Of a DNA stretch of 64,000 nucleotides, positions 42,001 through 53,031 are shown one piece after another (the first letter of the stretch is position 1; each line of letters begins with the position of its first letter). This DNA comes from Cycas panzhihuaensis (taxonomy: Eukaryota > Plantae > Cycadophyta): assembly GCA_023213395.1 (NCBI GenBank), contig CM041465.1, positions 48,739,741 through 48,803,740 of the forward strand, read 5' to 3'. The position numbers and the translations under genes are program-made. Under the pieces are notes generated by a model that ran no database searches, was not told the DNA's origin, and saw only the letters and a list, made by a program, of their open reading frames with translations.

Positions 42001-42697
42001 CCTGGGAGATTGTACCGGTGTCCCACCTAGTGGTGATTCTTTCCATTTTTCCTCCTCACTGGATTCTATCTCCTCTCCTTCACCCTTTTCTTTTGAAGAT
42101 GTGTTTGGAGTGCTTACTGCAATATTATCTTTCCCAAATAATGGATTCTTAAATGGTGTCTTTAGATGTATAGGTTCTGGCACACCTAGCACTTATACTA
42201 TCAATGGTGTAATCATTATGTATGATTGATCAGACCCTCTGTCTGATGAATCCTAAAAAAGATGCTTTGTTAGATTATTTTTCCAATATGCTAAAGGACC
42301 TTCCTCCGCCTTCTTCTTGTTGTCACTTAGGTCCTTCGGGGTGCCTTCCACAGGTATACTTTCCTCCTTCCTTAGAGTGTCTTTATGTTCCTTATCCACC
42401 TTTAGTTTTTCTTTATATTCTGGGCTAAATATGTCATCCTTGATTGGGGCTGATGTTAGTACCATTTGTTCGCCATTGTTTCCCTCTCCTTGTTCCTGAG
42501 GTGTCTTGGCTCCACTTGCCTTAGATTCTTCAACGAACTGTCCCTTAGTCTCGTTATTTTGCGAACTTAGTCTTCTTGCCCTTCTCAGTTTTGACTCTTT
42601 TGACCATCGTAATGCTCTCTGTCTACTTGTTTCTTTCCCTTTAGGTGAAGTATCCTTTTATGGATCTTCTGCCTTTGAAGGCCTCTTAGGTGGCATT
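39023..42697 (-). pseudogene. Element A coding region: Gag (4 CCHC knuckles), protease, linker, integrase C-terminal GPY/F; no RT, RNase H or integrase core
   Basis: Start MPPK; gag FACTLRGVPLAWY. Knuckles CHICEESSHTTKEC, CHIYDMDTHTTNDC, CSICLYFRHWKLKC, CNNCGPSEHQTKDC. Protease IMDRGVVVNVLP...ALLGRPWL. Tail LKMHWKGPYMIEKVYQNGTIRL. Confidence 0.85.
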
Positions 42698-43035
42698 GGA
42701 AGGTCCCCTGGTTGTCAGAGGCTTAGTTACAGTCTGCCATCACGACGATAGCCAGAGTCCTCTATCCTTTACACATCCCCCTTGTGAAACTCCTAGGCCT
42801 CGTCCCTTCTCAATGGATGTAGGCAACAGAACCAATGTTGACTTATAGATTTCACACCACTTATGAGATTGGTACACTTGTCAAGGTAACATAGGTTGTA
42901 ATCTAGTTTAGGATACAGTTAACATAATCATCACACAGATTTATTCACCATTCCATACAATTATGTCACAGTTTATACACAGTGTTGGAGTTAATCGTTA
43001 TCACTCCACTCCCACCTTCCAACCAGGACTGTACA
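42644..43035. repeat. 392-bp direct duplication, copy 1 (copy 2 at 49006-49397), flanking element C
   Basis: ggtgaagtatccttttatgg...ccaggactgtaca is present twice, with ~8 mismatches. Confidence 0.95.
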
Positions 43036-46000
43036 TGGTAGAATACCACTCTTTAATGATAATTGCACACTAATATAATAAGCAAATAACTCCAAAAGAG
43101 CACTTATATTGCAATACCCTTCGAGGGGGCAACCTCCCAATTACATGTAAATAACAATGATATTCAAGATATCATACTCTAAGGATTACACAAATATATA
43201 TATGTCTCTATGCTTACTACTCAACCGTCTCCTTATGCATGTGGGATATTACATGAATATATATAGTGTTCAATGACCACTACACAACCTTCTACTTATG
43301 CATGTGGGATAATAAGAAAAGGGAAGAAGTAGAAGAAATAAAGATATAAGAGAGAGAAGAAGTACAAGATATAAGAGAATATAAGAGAAGGTAAGTTAGG
43401 GTTGGATCCTAACAAAGTCCCCCCAAAAAGCTTTGCCCTCAAAGCTTGGTGATCTCAGTGCTCTAGGACAAATTGTTCATTCTTCGTGTTGCATCTTATG
43501 GAAGTTGTTTCCATTTGATGAGATACTCAATGATTTGTCTGGATCGTAGATGTCGAATTCTTCGGTCGATGATACATTCTGGAATGAGTTGAAGTTGCCC
43601 CTCCTCATTTAATATAGGTAATTCTATTTAAACTTGTACTTGTTGCCCAATTACCTTCTTGAGACATGAAACATGAAAGACATTATGGATCCTTGATAAT
43701 AGTGGTAAGTCCAAGGCATATGCAACTTCACCAATCTTCTTGAGAATTTTGTAAGGTCCATAATTGTAACTTATGTTGCCCATTCCGTTTGAGAGATTCC
43801 TGCTTATACGGTTGCAACCGTAAGTATACCCAATCACCTGGTTGAAACGCTCGTTCACTTCGCCCTTTATCTGCTTATTGTTTCATCCGATTTTGTGCAA
43901 GGTTCAAATTTTCCTTGAGCAGCTTAAGAATATGTGTTGTTTGTTGGATGTGGTCTTCGACTGCTTGAACCTTAGAACTGATTATGGCATAGTTTTTAAA
44001 TGTGGGTGGTTCATAGCCATATAATGCTTGGAACAGAGTCATTCCTGCTGATGCATGATAGGTTGTATTATACCACCATTCTGCTAAAGGAAGCCAATGA
44101 TACCACTGCCCCTGCTTATCTGAAGCATAACACCAAAGGTATCCTTCAAGGCACTTATTAACCACCTCGGTTTGTCCATCATTTGTGGATGGTAGGCTGA
44201 GCCCATTGTTAGTTTAGTACCAAGTAGATGGAAGAGTTACGTCCGAGAGTTCTTTGGTAAACTTGGGATCCCGATCACCGACTATACATTTGGGCATCTT
44301 GGTGCAACTGTGTATATCCTTTAAAAGACCTCGGAATTTGCTTTGCCTTATATGTGGCGAATGCCACAAAAATGAGCATATTTAGTTAGCCTATCAACAA
44401 CCACCAGTATAGCATCTTTTCCTTCTGACTTGGGCAGACCCACGATGAAGTCCATAGAGATTTCTTCCCATCGTTGATTTGGTATGGGAAGGGGTTGCAA
44501 TAATCCTAGAGACTTATTTGTTTACATCTTATGCCGTTGATAAATTTCACATGAGGAAACATATCTCTTTACATCTCCTTTTTGTCCCTTCCAAAAGAAG
44601 GATTGTTTTAAGCGGTGGTATGTTCGTAGGAACCCTGAGTGACTTGCTGTTGGAGAGGCATGTGCATCATGTAAAATTTGCTCCTTAAGGCTAGAGTGAG
44701 GGCATATATATATTCGATTCTTATACCAGAGAATATTTGAAGACCATGTATAATGGGTTGAATGCCCTACTCCAGCTTGAAGGTCTTGAATGATCTGCTT
44801 TGTAAAGGAGTCTTCATCCCATTCTTGTTGGCATCGCTATCCAAGAGGATTATTTGTTGTGATAGAATATAGTGCGAGCCTTCTTCCTTACGAGATAAAG
44901 CATCGTGACTATATTATTCTTGCCTTTTTTATATATTATTTCAAAGTCCAAAGCTTGCATTTTGGTGACCCATTTTTGTTGTTCCTCAGATGATGTCCTT
45001 TGAGATAGAAAATATTTTAAGCTATCATGGTTCATTTTAATTTGGAAATGTGTTCCCAATAAATATTGTCGCCATTTCCTAACTGCATGAAGAATTGCTA
45101 ACATCTCCTTCTCATAGGTGGACTTGACTTGTTCCTTGAGTGTAAGTTGACGACTTTCAAAAGCCAAAGGTTTTCCTTCTTACATTAAGACTGCTCCAAT
45201 GCCTTGCCCCGATGCATCACATTCAATGGTGAAGGTCTTTGTAAAGTCAGTGTTGCAGGGCTGGTGTGGTAGTTAAAGCCGACTTTAGGTGTTCAAATGC
45301 TTGAGGCCTTATCATTCCAATGAAAAGAACCCTTTTTTAACAAATTGATTAAAGGGGAAGCAATCCTTGCATAGCCTTGAACAAACTTTCGATAATATCC
45401 AGTGATTCCTAAGAATCCACGAAGGCCCTTGATGTTTTTAGGTTTAGGCCAGTTTGCGATAACTGCTATTTTCTTAGGATTCACCTTGACTCATTCTTGA
45501 GAGATGATATGGCCCAAATATTCTATTTCTTGCCCAAATTGACATTTTGATTTTTGCATAAAATTTGGTTGTCTGCAAGCACCGTAATGCCTTATCAACA
45601 TCTTGAAGATGGTCTTCCACGTCTGTTGAAGATCAAAATGCCATCAAAAAAGACTAATATGAACTTCCTTAAGTAAGGTTGAAAGAGTTTATTCATGAGT
45701 CCTTGAAAGGTGGATGGAGCATTAGTCAAGCCAAATGGCATGACTAAAAATTCATAGTGACCTTCATGTGTACGAAATGCAGTTTATGAACATCCTCTGC
45801 TTTGATCACGATTTGATGGTATCACATTGTAAGTCCAATGATGTGAAGAACATTACTCCATGGAGTTCATCCAAGAGTTCATCAATGACTGGTATAGGAA
45901 ATTTATCCTTGATGGTTATCTTATTGAGCTCATGATAGTCTACACACATGCGAAATGAGCCATCCTTTTTCTTACTAAAATCAGTGGCGAGAAAAAGTGC

Positions 46001-49000
46001 TTTTACTTTCCCTAATAATACCAGTATTAAGGAGTTCTTGAACTAGTCGTTCAATTTCATCCTTTTCTTTGGTAGGGATCTTAAGGTATGGTCGAATACA
46101 AGGAGGATTACTTCCAACTACCAGGTCAATGCTATGATCTTGGTCACGTACTGGGGGAAGACCTTGAGGAATATTTTGAAAGACCTGGTTATGGCGGTGA
46201 AGTACCAATTTTAAGTCATTTGGTATACCATCATCTTGGAGAATGTCCCCTTCTGTTGGAAGTTCTTGACCTTCTAGAGCATAACGATTCCTATACCACC
46301 CTTTTTAATAAGCCTCTCCATACGATGTGAGCTGATGATTTGGGTTGGTGGAGGAATGATCCCATTCAATTGATAGTCAATTCCTTCAGAAGTAAATCGG
46401 ATGAAGAGCTCCTGCATATTTAGTTGAATGGTCCCTAGTGGTTTGAGCCATTGTACCCCTAATACAACATCAACTACTCCAACTTGAATGGCATACATAG
46501 AAGTGGAGAGGTGATAGTCACCCATTTGCAACTTGATATTGTGACATTTTCCCCCGCAAGCGAGTGTCCCTCCATTAGCCACCATAACCTGAAAATTTTT
46601 GACAGGATATGGAAAGCGATTGAGTTCTTGACAAGTTTCCGATTAATGAAATTATGGGTACTCCCAGAATCTATGAGGACAACCACCTTCCTTTTCTTAA
46701 TGTACCCAATAAGTTTGAGTGTCGAGGGGCCGCAATTCCGGTAGGGCATGCACCGATATAGTAGCAGTATCTTCTTCTGCCTCCTCAGGTGGGTCACAAT
46801 CATTATTTTCTGGCTCTAATGAGGCTTCTTCTACTGGTTCCTCATCTTGAACATCCTCAATTATAAATAAGCGTCGTTCAGGACACTTATGGTCTTTATT
46901 CCACTTTTGGTTACAACGAAAACATAACCCTTTCAATCGTTTCTCATCCATCTCTTGGGAAGTCATTCGTCGTACACCAGGAACCTGAAATTGTGGTCGC
47001 TTTTTTGGAAGTGTTCGTTGGGGGGGTCGGGATGCCTTATTTTTTGCTTCAATGTGTCGAGCAAAATTAATAGCTGTAGAGATGTTATTAGGTTTTAAGA
47101 GTCGCAACTCATGTATGATGTCATCTCGTAACCCACCAATGTATAGCTCAAGTAATTTATCCTGACAAAGACCATCAACCCTTGTGGAGAGACGTTGGTA
47201 TTCTCAGTATAAGTCAAAGCAGTCCCCTCCTGTCTAACTTTAGCTAACTGGTTAAAGTGGTCCTGATCCCAGGTACTGTCATATTGAGCTATAAGATCTT
47301 TGACAAAACCCTCCCATTGATAACTAAGCCCACCAATTGTTTTCGTAACCCATTGGTACCATTGGTAGGGTTCAGTTTCCATGTGTAAAGAAGCAAGTGG
47401 GATCTTCTTATCTGCTAGAACTTGATGAAGAGAAAAGTACTATTCCATTTGGGTGATCCAAGTGCGTACATCTGTGCCATTGAACTTCCTGATTTCTACC
47501 TTGGGAAGGAAGTTTGGATGAAAGCGCCTACCATCATTACCTTCATCTTCTTTAGCAAAGTGACCCCCACCTATGTGAGTAGTATCATCAAGGTCACTCT
47601 TTTCTTCCTTAAGAGGTTTCATGGATGTGAGCTCTAGCATTCGCTTCAATTTTTCATTGAAGTCATTCTGGATTTGTAATATATCTTCTCGAAGTTGTGA
47701 AACAGCATCATTGAGATCTTGGGTCCAACTTGGGTTCATCTTAGGGGCCATTAGTCCACAAGACCTAAGTTGGAATCTTGGTTGGTAAATGTGATTGAAA
47801 AGGATTTGACGGGGTGTCTATAGACTGTTATCCCCAATATGAGGCAATATGGATTTTTTGCTTTTGCTTTTTCGCCTTTTGCTTTTGCTTTTTACTTTTT
47901 GCTTTTTGCTTTTTGGGCCTTTGGTTGGGTACGGACTATGTCTTGTGAGCGATAACCATGATGGCTAGAGACACTCGATTTACCAAATAGATGATGGTGA
48001 CTCATCGGCCAGACTAAGTGCGCACAACCCACTAATAGGTGACCCGGTACACTAGGTATGGGCTTGTCCGGTTTGTAGGCCCTCAGATATACTTATCCCG
48101 CACGTAAATAATATCAACTTACGGAGGCAAATGCTCTACTCTATAGTTGTACTACCGCCTCTAAGTGCGTGGAGAGTAACTTCCGGGGCTAACCGCTTAG
48201 GTGCACTACAAATTGCAGACGGTCAATAGGTTTCCTATGGTTACCTATACTAGGAAGGCCTATCTAGGGGTCCTCCTATATACCCAGTGCACGTGAGGCA
48301 CAATTCGTGGCCGAGTTACGCCAGGCTTGATTCGAGTGTGATCTCCAGGTCCTTCACGCAAGGGATGGAAAGCCACAATGCGCTTAGCCCAAAAGCAGCG
48401 GATCCTCGTGATATTTATAAACCCGACACGGGGTCTCTATCTAAATGCAAAGAGAAGCGCCTTTGGCAGTGTTAGGGTAGCTGCCCGATTGCAGTGTTAT
48501 CTACCCCAAAAAAGCAAAGTAACTAAATGGAAATCAAATGAGAATAGGTACTAATGAGAAAAAAATGACAGAAAAAATTGATTATTTAGTACCTTGACTC
48601 TCCCACAAGGAATGGATCGACCGCTCTGATACCACTTGGTAGGATACCACTCCTTAATGATAATTGCACACTAATATAATAAGCAAATAACTCCAAAAGA
48701 GCACTTATATTGCAATACCCTTCGAGGGGGCAACCTCCCAATTACATGTAAATAACAATGATATTCAAGATATCATACTCTAAGGATTACACAAATATAT
48801 ATATGTCTCTATGCTTACTATTCAACCGCCTCCTTATGCATGTGGGATATTACATGAATATATATAGTGTTCAATGACCACTACACAACCTTCTACTTAT
48901 GCATGTGGGATAATAAGAAAAGGGAAGAAATAGAAGAAATAAAGATATAAGAGAGAGAAGAAGTACAAGATATAAGAGAATATAAGAGAAGGTAAGTTAG

Positions 49001-49007
49001 GGGTTGG
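43036..49007 (-). mobile_element. Ty3/Gypsy chromovirus C (Reina-like), inserted in the 5' LTR of D
   Basis: LTRs at 43036-43414 and 48637-49007 (right one lacks the last ~9 bp; ~6 differences). PBS-Met rc gctctgatacca at 48623-48634; PPT rc aagtcccccc. Gag, [32 protein letters not shown], RNase H IECDASGQGIGAVL, integrase, and chromodomain IIEYLIKWKQLP. Multiple frameshifts. Confidence 0.93.
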
Positions 49008-49732
49008 TGAAGTATCCTTTTATGGATCTTCTTCCTTTGAAGGCCTCTTAGGTGGCATTGGAAGGTCCCCTGGTTGTCAGAGGCTTAGTTACAGTCTGCC
49101 ATCACGACGATAGCTAGAGTCCTCTGTCCTTTACACATCCCCCTTGTGAAACTCCTAGGCCTCGTCCCTTCTCAATGGATGTAGGCAACAGAACCAATGT
49201 TGACTTATAGATTTCACACCACTTATGAGATCGATACACTTGTCAAGGTAACACAGGTTGTAATCTAGTTTATGATACAGTCAACATAATCATCACACAG
49301 ATTTATTCACCATTCCATACAATTATGTCACAGTTTATACACAGTGTTGGAGTTAATCGTTATCACTCCACTCCCACCTTCCAACCAGGACTGTACACCT
49401 CATCAACCTCATTTTACACATGTGGGTGCTCAACATATGTAGGTAAGTTAAGGTAAGTTAATGTTAATTTGAGTTAGATTCATTTGAGTTAACATTATTT
49501 TATTGTTAATTTGAATTTCAGGGGTTGAGGAGTTTCTCTCATTCCCCAAAACTATAAATATTGAGGGGTGTACAACCCTGGTGCTTTTAGACACCGCCCT
49601 CATTTGGAAAATTTGTAATATTCACTTCTCACAATGGATTGAATATAGAAGTTTCATGTGTTTATGCTACAACAATGTATTGATGTATTGATCTATTGAA
49701 GTTTATTCTATGTGTTGCCCTGTTCTCCTACA

Positions 49733-49844
49733 ATATTATTTCTAACATTTGGTATCAGAGCATAGTTTAGCTCCATATTATTTCCAACATTTAGTATCAG
49801 AACTTAGTTTAGCTCCATATTTTTTCTAACATTTGGTATCAGAG
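49733..49844 (+). repeat. 42-bp tandem repeat of LTR end plus PBS (also at 56086-56197)
   Basis: atattatttc.aaca-tttggtatcagagc-ttagtttagctcc. CA ends fall at 49747/49789/49831 and 56100/56142/56184. Confidence 0.92.
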
Positions 49845-51006
49845 TAGACGATTGCTAGCCTGCTGAAAATTTTCAAAGAAGCAAGAAGATTTTGAAGCAA
49901 ATTTACTCAAGGAAGCAATATTGGCTACATTAATTTTCTGCAAGTTTTTTATATTATTTCAATAGATTTGATTATTATTGAGTTATTTTTGTGATATAAC
50001 AAGTATATTTCAGATTTTTTCACAGATTTGTGCAGATTTATAAAGGATTTCAACTACTAGTTATATTTTTTCAAAGATTTGTGAAGGATTTCAGCAGCAA
50101 GCCATATTTATCCAAGTTTTTTCTCAGATTTGAGCTATATTTCTTCAGATTTATATTTTTTTATCATATATTTTGCCATTTTTTGGTATATTCTTGTCTA
50201 TATTTCTAGATCTACGAAGGAGATCAGCATATTTCAGTTACAAACTATATCTTTTCAAAGATTTATGAAGGATTTTCAGCTGCATGTAAGATTTATTCAA
50301 GTTTTTCTTCATATTTGTGATATATTTTCTCAGATCTATATATTTTTATCAAAAATTTTACATTTTTCAAGAAGATTTCTATCTATTTATCCTATATTTT
50401 TGTAGATCTGCATAGGATTGCAGCTGCATACAATATTTACTCAAGTTTTTTCTCAGATTTGAGCTACACTTCTTCAAGATCTGCCTTATATTTTTCAAAT
50501 CTACTTATTTTGTCAAGTTTTTCAGCATTTTCTGCTATATTTGATTCAGATCTGCTATATTTCATTTCGGATCTGCTTATTTCAATAATTATTTCAATAT
50601 TTTCTAGTATATTTGTTGCAGATCTGCAACATTTAGTTCAAATTTGCTATATTTCATTTCAGATCTATATTTTTAACATATATTTGACCATATTTGTAAG
50701 TTCTTTTTACAGATATGCAATTTTTGAGGTATATTCAGCCTTCTGGAAAAGTTCAAACAACAGATCTCACTTCTGCAAGTCAGCTACAACCACATTTACC
50801 AGGTTTTTTAGTTGTTTTTTTTGTTTTAAACACATATTTTTGATATATCTACTGCAATATATTTGAAAAGATTTTAGATACATATATATGCATCTCATTT
50901 GCTTAATATATTTCTGTCAAAATATTTGAAATCTTCTGTTTTCATTTGTGCTCTATTAAATCAACAAAAAAAAAAAAAACTCAATATCTTTCATATTTTT
51001 TGTACA

Positions 51007-51009
<3 letters not shown>

Positions 51010-51081
<72 letters not shown>

Positions 51082-51151
51082 ATTTATTTATTTTAAAATA
51101 TTCTTCGCAGTCATTAGCTCATATTCAAAAGCTCAACATTTTTTCATGCTT

Positions 51152-51223
<72 letters not shown>
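51010..51223. repeat. (TA)n and (TA)n(GA)n microsatellites in the leader of D
   Basis: Direct reading. E has a (TA)n at the analogous place (~12882-12906). Confidence 0.9.
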
Positions 51224-51229
<6 letters not shown>

Positions 51230-52162
51230 CTTCGTTACAATATTGAGCAACCATTGGCTCATATCTAAAAGCTCAATAATGAATGACATTTTCTTTCTAT
51301 TTTTGAAAAGTTTAAAATTTTTTGTTATAAAATCTAGAGTACTCAGCTTGGGCGCCTTCAATAGACTTATTTGGCTTAGATTTAGAGCTTACATAAGTGA
51401 TTTTATGTTAGTTTTAACCCTGTGCTTCTCAAGTATTGACTTCTCTCATAAAAGTCACCAAATACTTGGCTGATACCATCAATACATATCAAGAAATTTG
51501 AAAGGCGGATGCTGCATTAACCCACTATAGCCTCTTTTTAAGTTATTCTAGAGCATTTTTTCCTGAAGATTTGCTTGAGAAGAGTCTTTGAAGGCCTCGG
51601 CTTTATAATGAATATTTTGAGAAAACTGAGTTGTTGATTAAGCCTTTACAAAACCCATTATTGTGGCACAAGCTTCTTGCATAGCTTGAACTATTTTGCT
51701 ACCAGAATCCTTTAACACAACCAGCAGGCATCCCATCTATCTTCACACAGCTCATTGAGGAAGCATAATACTCTAAAAAAAATATAGTTTGTGGGGCTTA
51801 TTTGTAACCCTGTCGGTGTTGAGCTTCTTCTCATAAGTGTGATGCTTTGCTTCTTTGAGCTGCCTTTTATAAGCATGATGCCTTTTTTCTTTACAGTTTG
51901 AATATTTTTTATACTTGTTTCTTTGCAATAATAATAAGAAAGTCTGACAACATTGAACTACTACACTTGTTAAGCATTTTTTCAACACGCTTGACCCCAG
52001 TTTGAAATCAGAAATTCAATATTAGCTACAACAACATCCATTTACATTATTTTTTTCAAACAAAAGCCACAATAAAAGTGGTGTTAAGTTGCCGATTTCA
52101 TTCGACAAAGTCATCCAAGTTATCATTGTTCCTACTGTAACAAGGAGGGCAACGCATACATT

Positions 52163-52290
52163 CTGCTAACAATAAATCCACTGCTGTTCGAACTGAACTG
52201 GCGCTTACATTGCCATGGGAGTGAGAAGTTGAGTTCTGTATGCACGCAAAACACTTTAACCACAGCATTCATAAATGGAGAGCATTTGGC
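52163..52290 (-). pseudogene. Captured fragment of a Deg/HtrA protease (Deg9/Deg2 type)
   Basis: [38 protein letters not shown], compared with Deg9-type [33 protein letters not shown]. Confidence 0.88.
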
Positions 52291-52294
52291 ATTA

Positions 52295-52443
52295 GAGCAT
52301 TTGGATGAAACCTCTTTGTATAGAGTTGCACCATTAGTTGAAAGATTTCATATCTTGGAGGGAAACAAGGTTCCACATATTTATAGATGTCAACAAGCTC
52401 TTCTACAATCATCTGTGCTTCTTCCAAAGCAGCTTTTAAATTC
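52295..52443 (-). pseudogene. SEC6: Captured fragment of exocyst subunit SEC6
   Basis: [45 protein letters not shown](+1)IQML, compared with SEC6 [49 protein letters not shown]. Confidence 0.9.
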
Positions 52444-52449
52444 TGTATT

Positions 52450-52560
52450 GTTAGTAGCCCTCTTTAGAAACTCTTCTACTTGCCTTCTTAGTTCAGGATT
52501 CAGTGCTAGGGTTTGCGTAAAGCATTGCGATAAGAACTGAATGGTCTCCTCCACCCACTG
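52450..52560 (-). pseudogene. CAS: Captured N-terminal fragment of exportin-2 (CAS/CSE1)
   Basis: [35 protein letters not shown], compared with the plant CAS start [30 protein letters not shown]. Confidence 0.85.
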
Positions 52561-52884
52561 AAGAAGATTGCTGGCAATAGTCCTTCCATCTGACATTTTG
52601 GATTATATGATATTCATGAAAACTGACTTATTAAGTTGTAGAAGTTGAGAAAGCTTCCTAGTTCGGACTATGAATGGTTGTGGAATATTGAACAACATTC
52701 CAATCTCTCCAACCACATCCCAAAGCTTCTCTGTTCCATCCTTGTAGGTGAATAAATCAACTGTTCCAGAGATGGCTACATACAACTCAGTAGGCGCCTT
52801 GTTTTGAAGGATCACATCTTCTTTTGAAGGAAGATATTCTGCAACTATCTCTGTCACCAATTGCATGAGGAAACCATTTGAAAG
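52558..52884 (-). pseudogene. Captured fragment of a Shaker-type K+ channel cyclic-nucleotide-binding domain (AKT/KAT/KC1 family)
   Basis: LSNGFLMQLVTEIVAEYLPSKEDVILQNKAPTELYVAISGTVDL...GEIGMLFNIPQPFIVRTRKLSQLLQL..FMNII*SKMSDGRTIASNLLQ. Contiguous, with no intron. Confidence 0.92.
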
Positions 52885-52962
52885 AACTGATCTTTGCCAT
52901 ACTGCGTAGATTTGATCGCCGTCCTTCATCTTTGTGTCACCACGCTTCCACTTCGCAATAAC

Positions 52963-53031
52963 TGCGCAAGCCATATTCACAGTATTCCACGAGACCAGAT
53001 TCTGTTAGGGCATTCTCTGAAAGAGCCTTCG
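52963..53031 (-). pseudogene. Captured fragment of a PLS-class PPR motif
   Basis: RRLFQRMP*QNLVSWNTVNMACA matches the ARRLFxxMPxRNLVSWNxxI consensus. Short. Confidence 0.7.

Noticed and set aside
50130-51473. ORFs in the leader of D
   Set aside because: Low-complexity F/I/S/Y-rich or microsatellite translations from AT-rich sequence.
51640-51725. 2-oxoglutarate dioxygenase-like fragment (SKIVQAMQEACAT.MGF) in D
   Set aside because: Too short and weak without a search; left as unassigned cargo.
52390-52980. Intact K+ channel gene
   Set aside because: Only the CNBD region is present, with an internal stop and a small deletion. It is fused to unrelated fragments and lies inside an LTR element.
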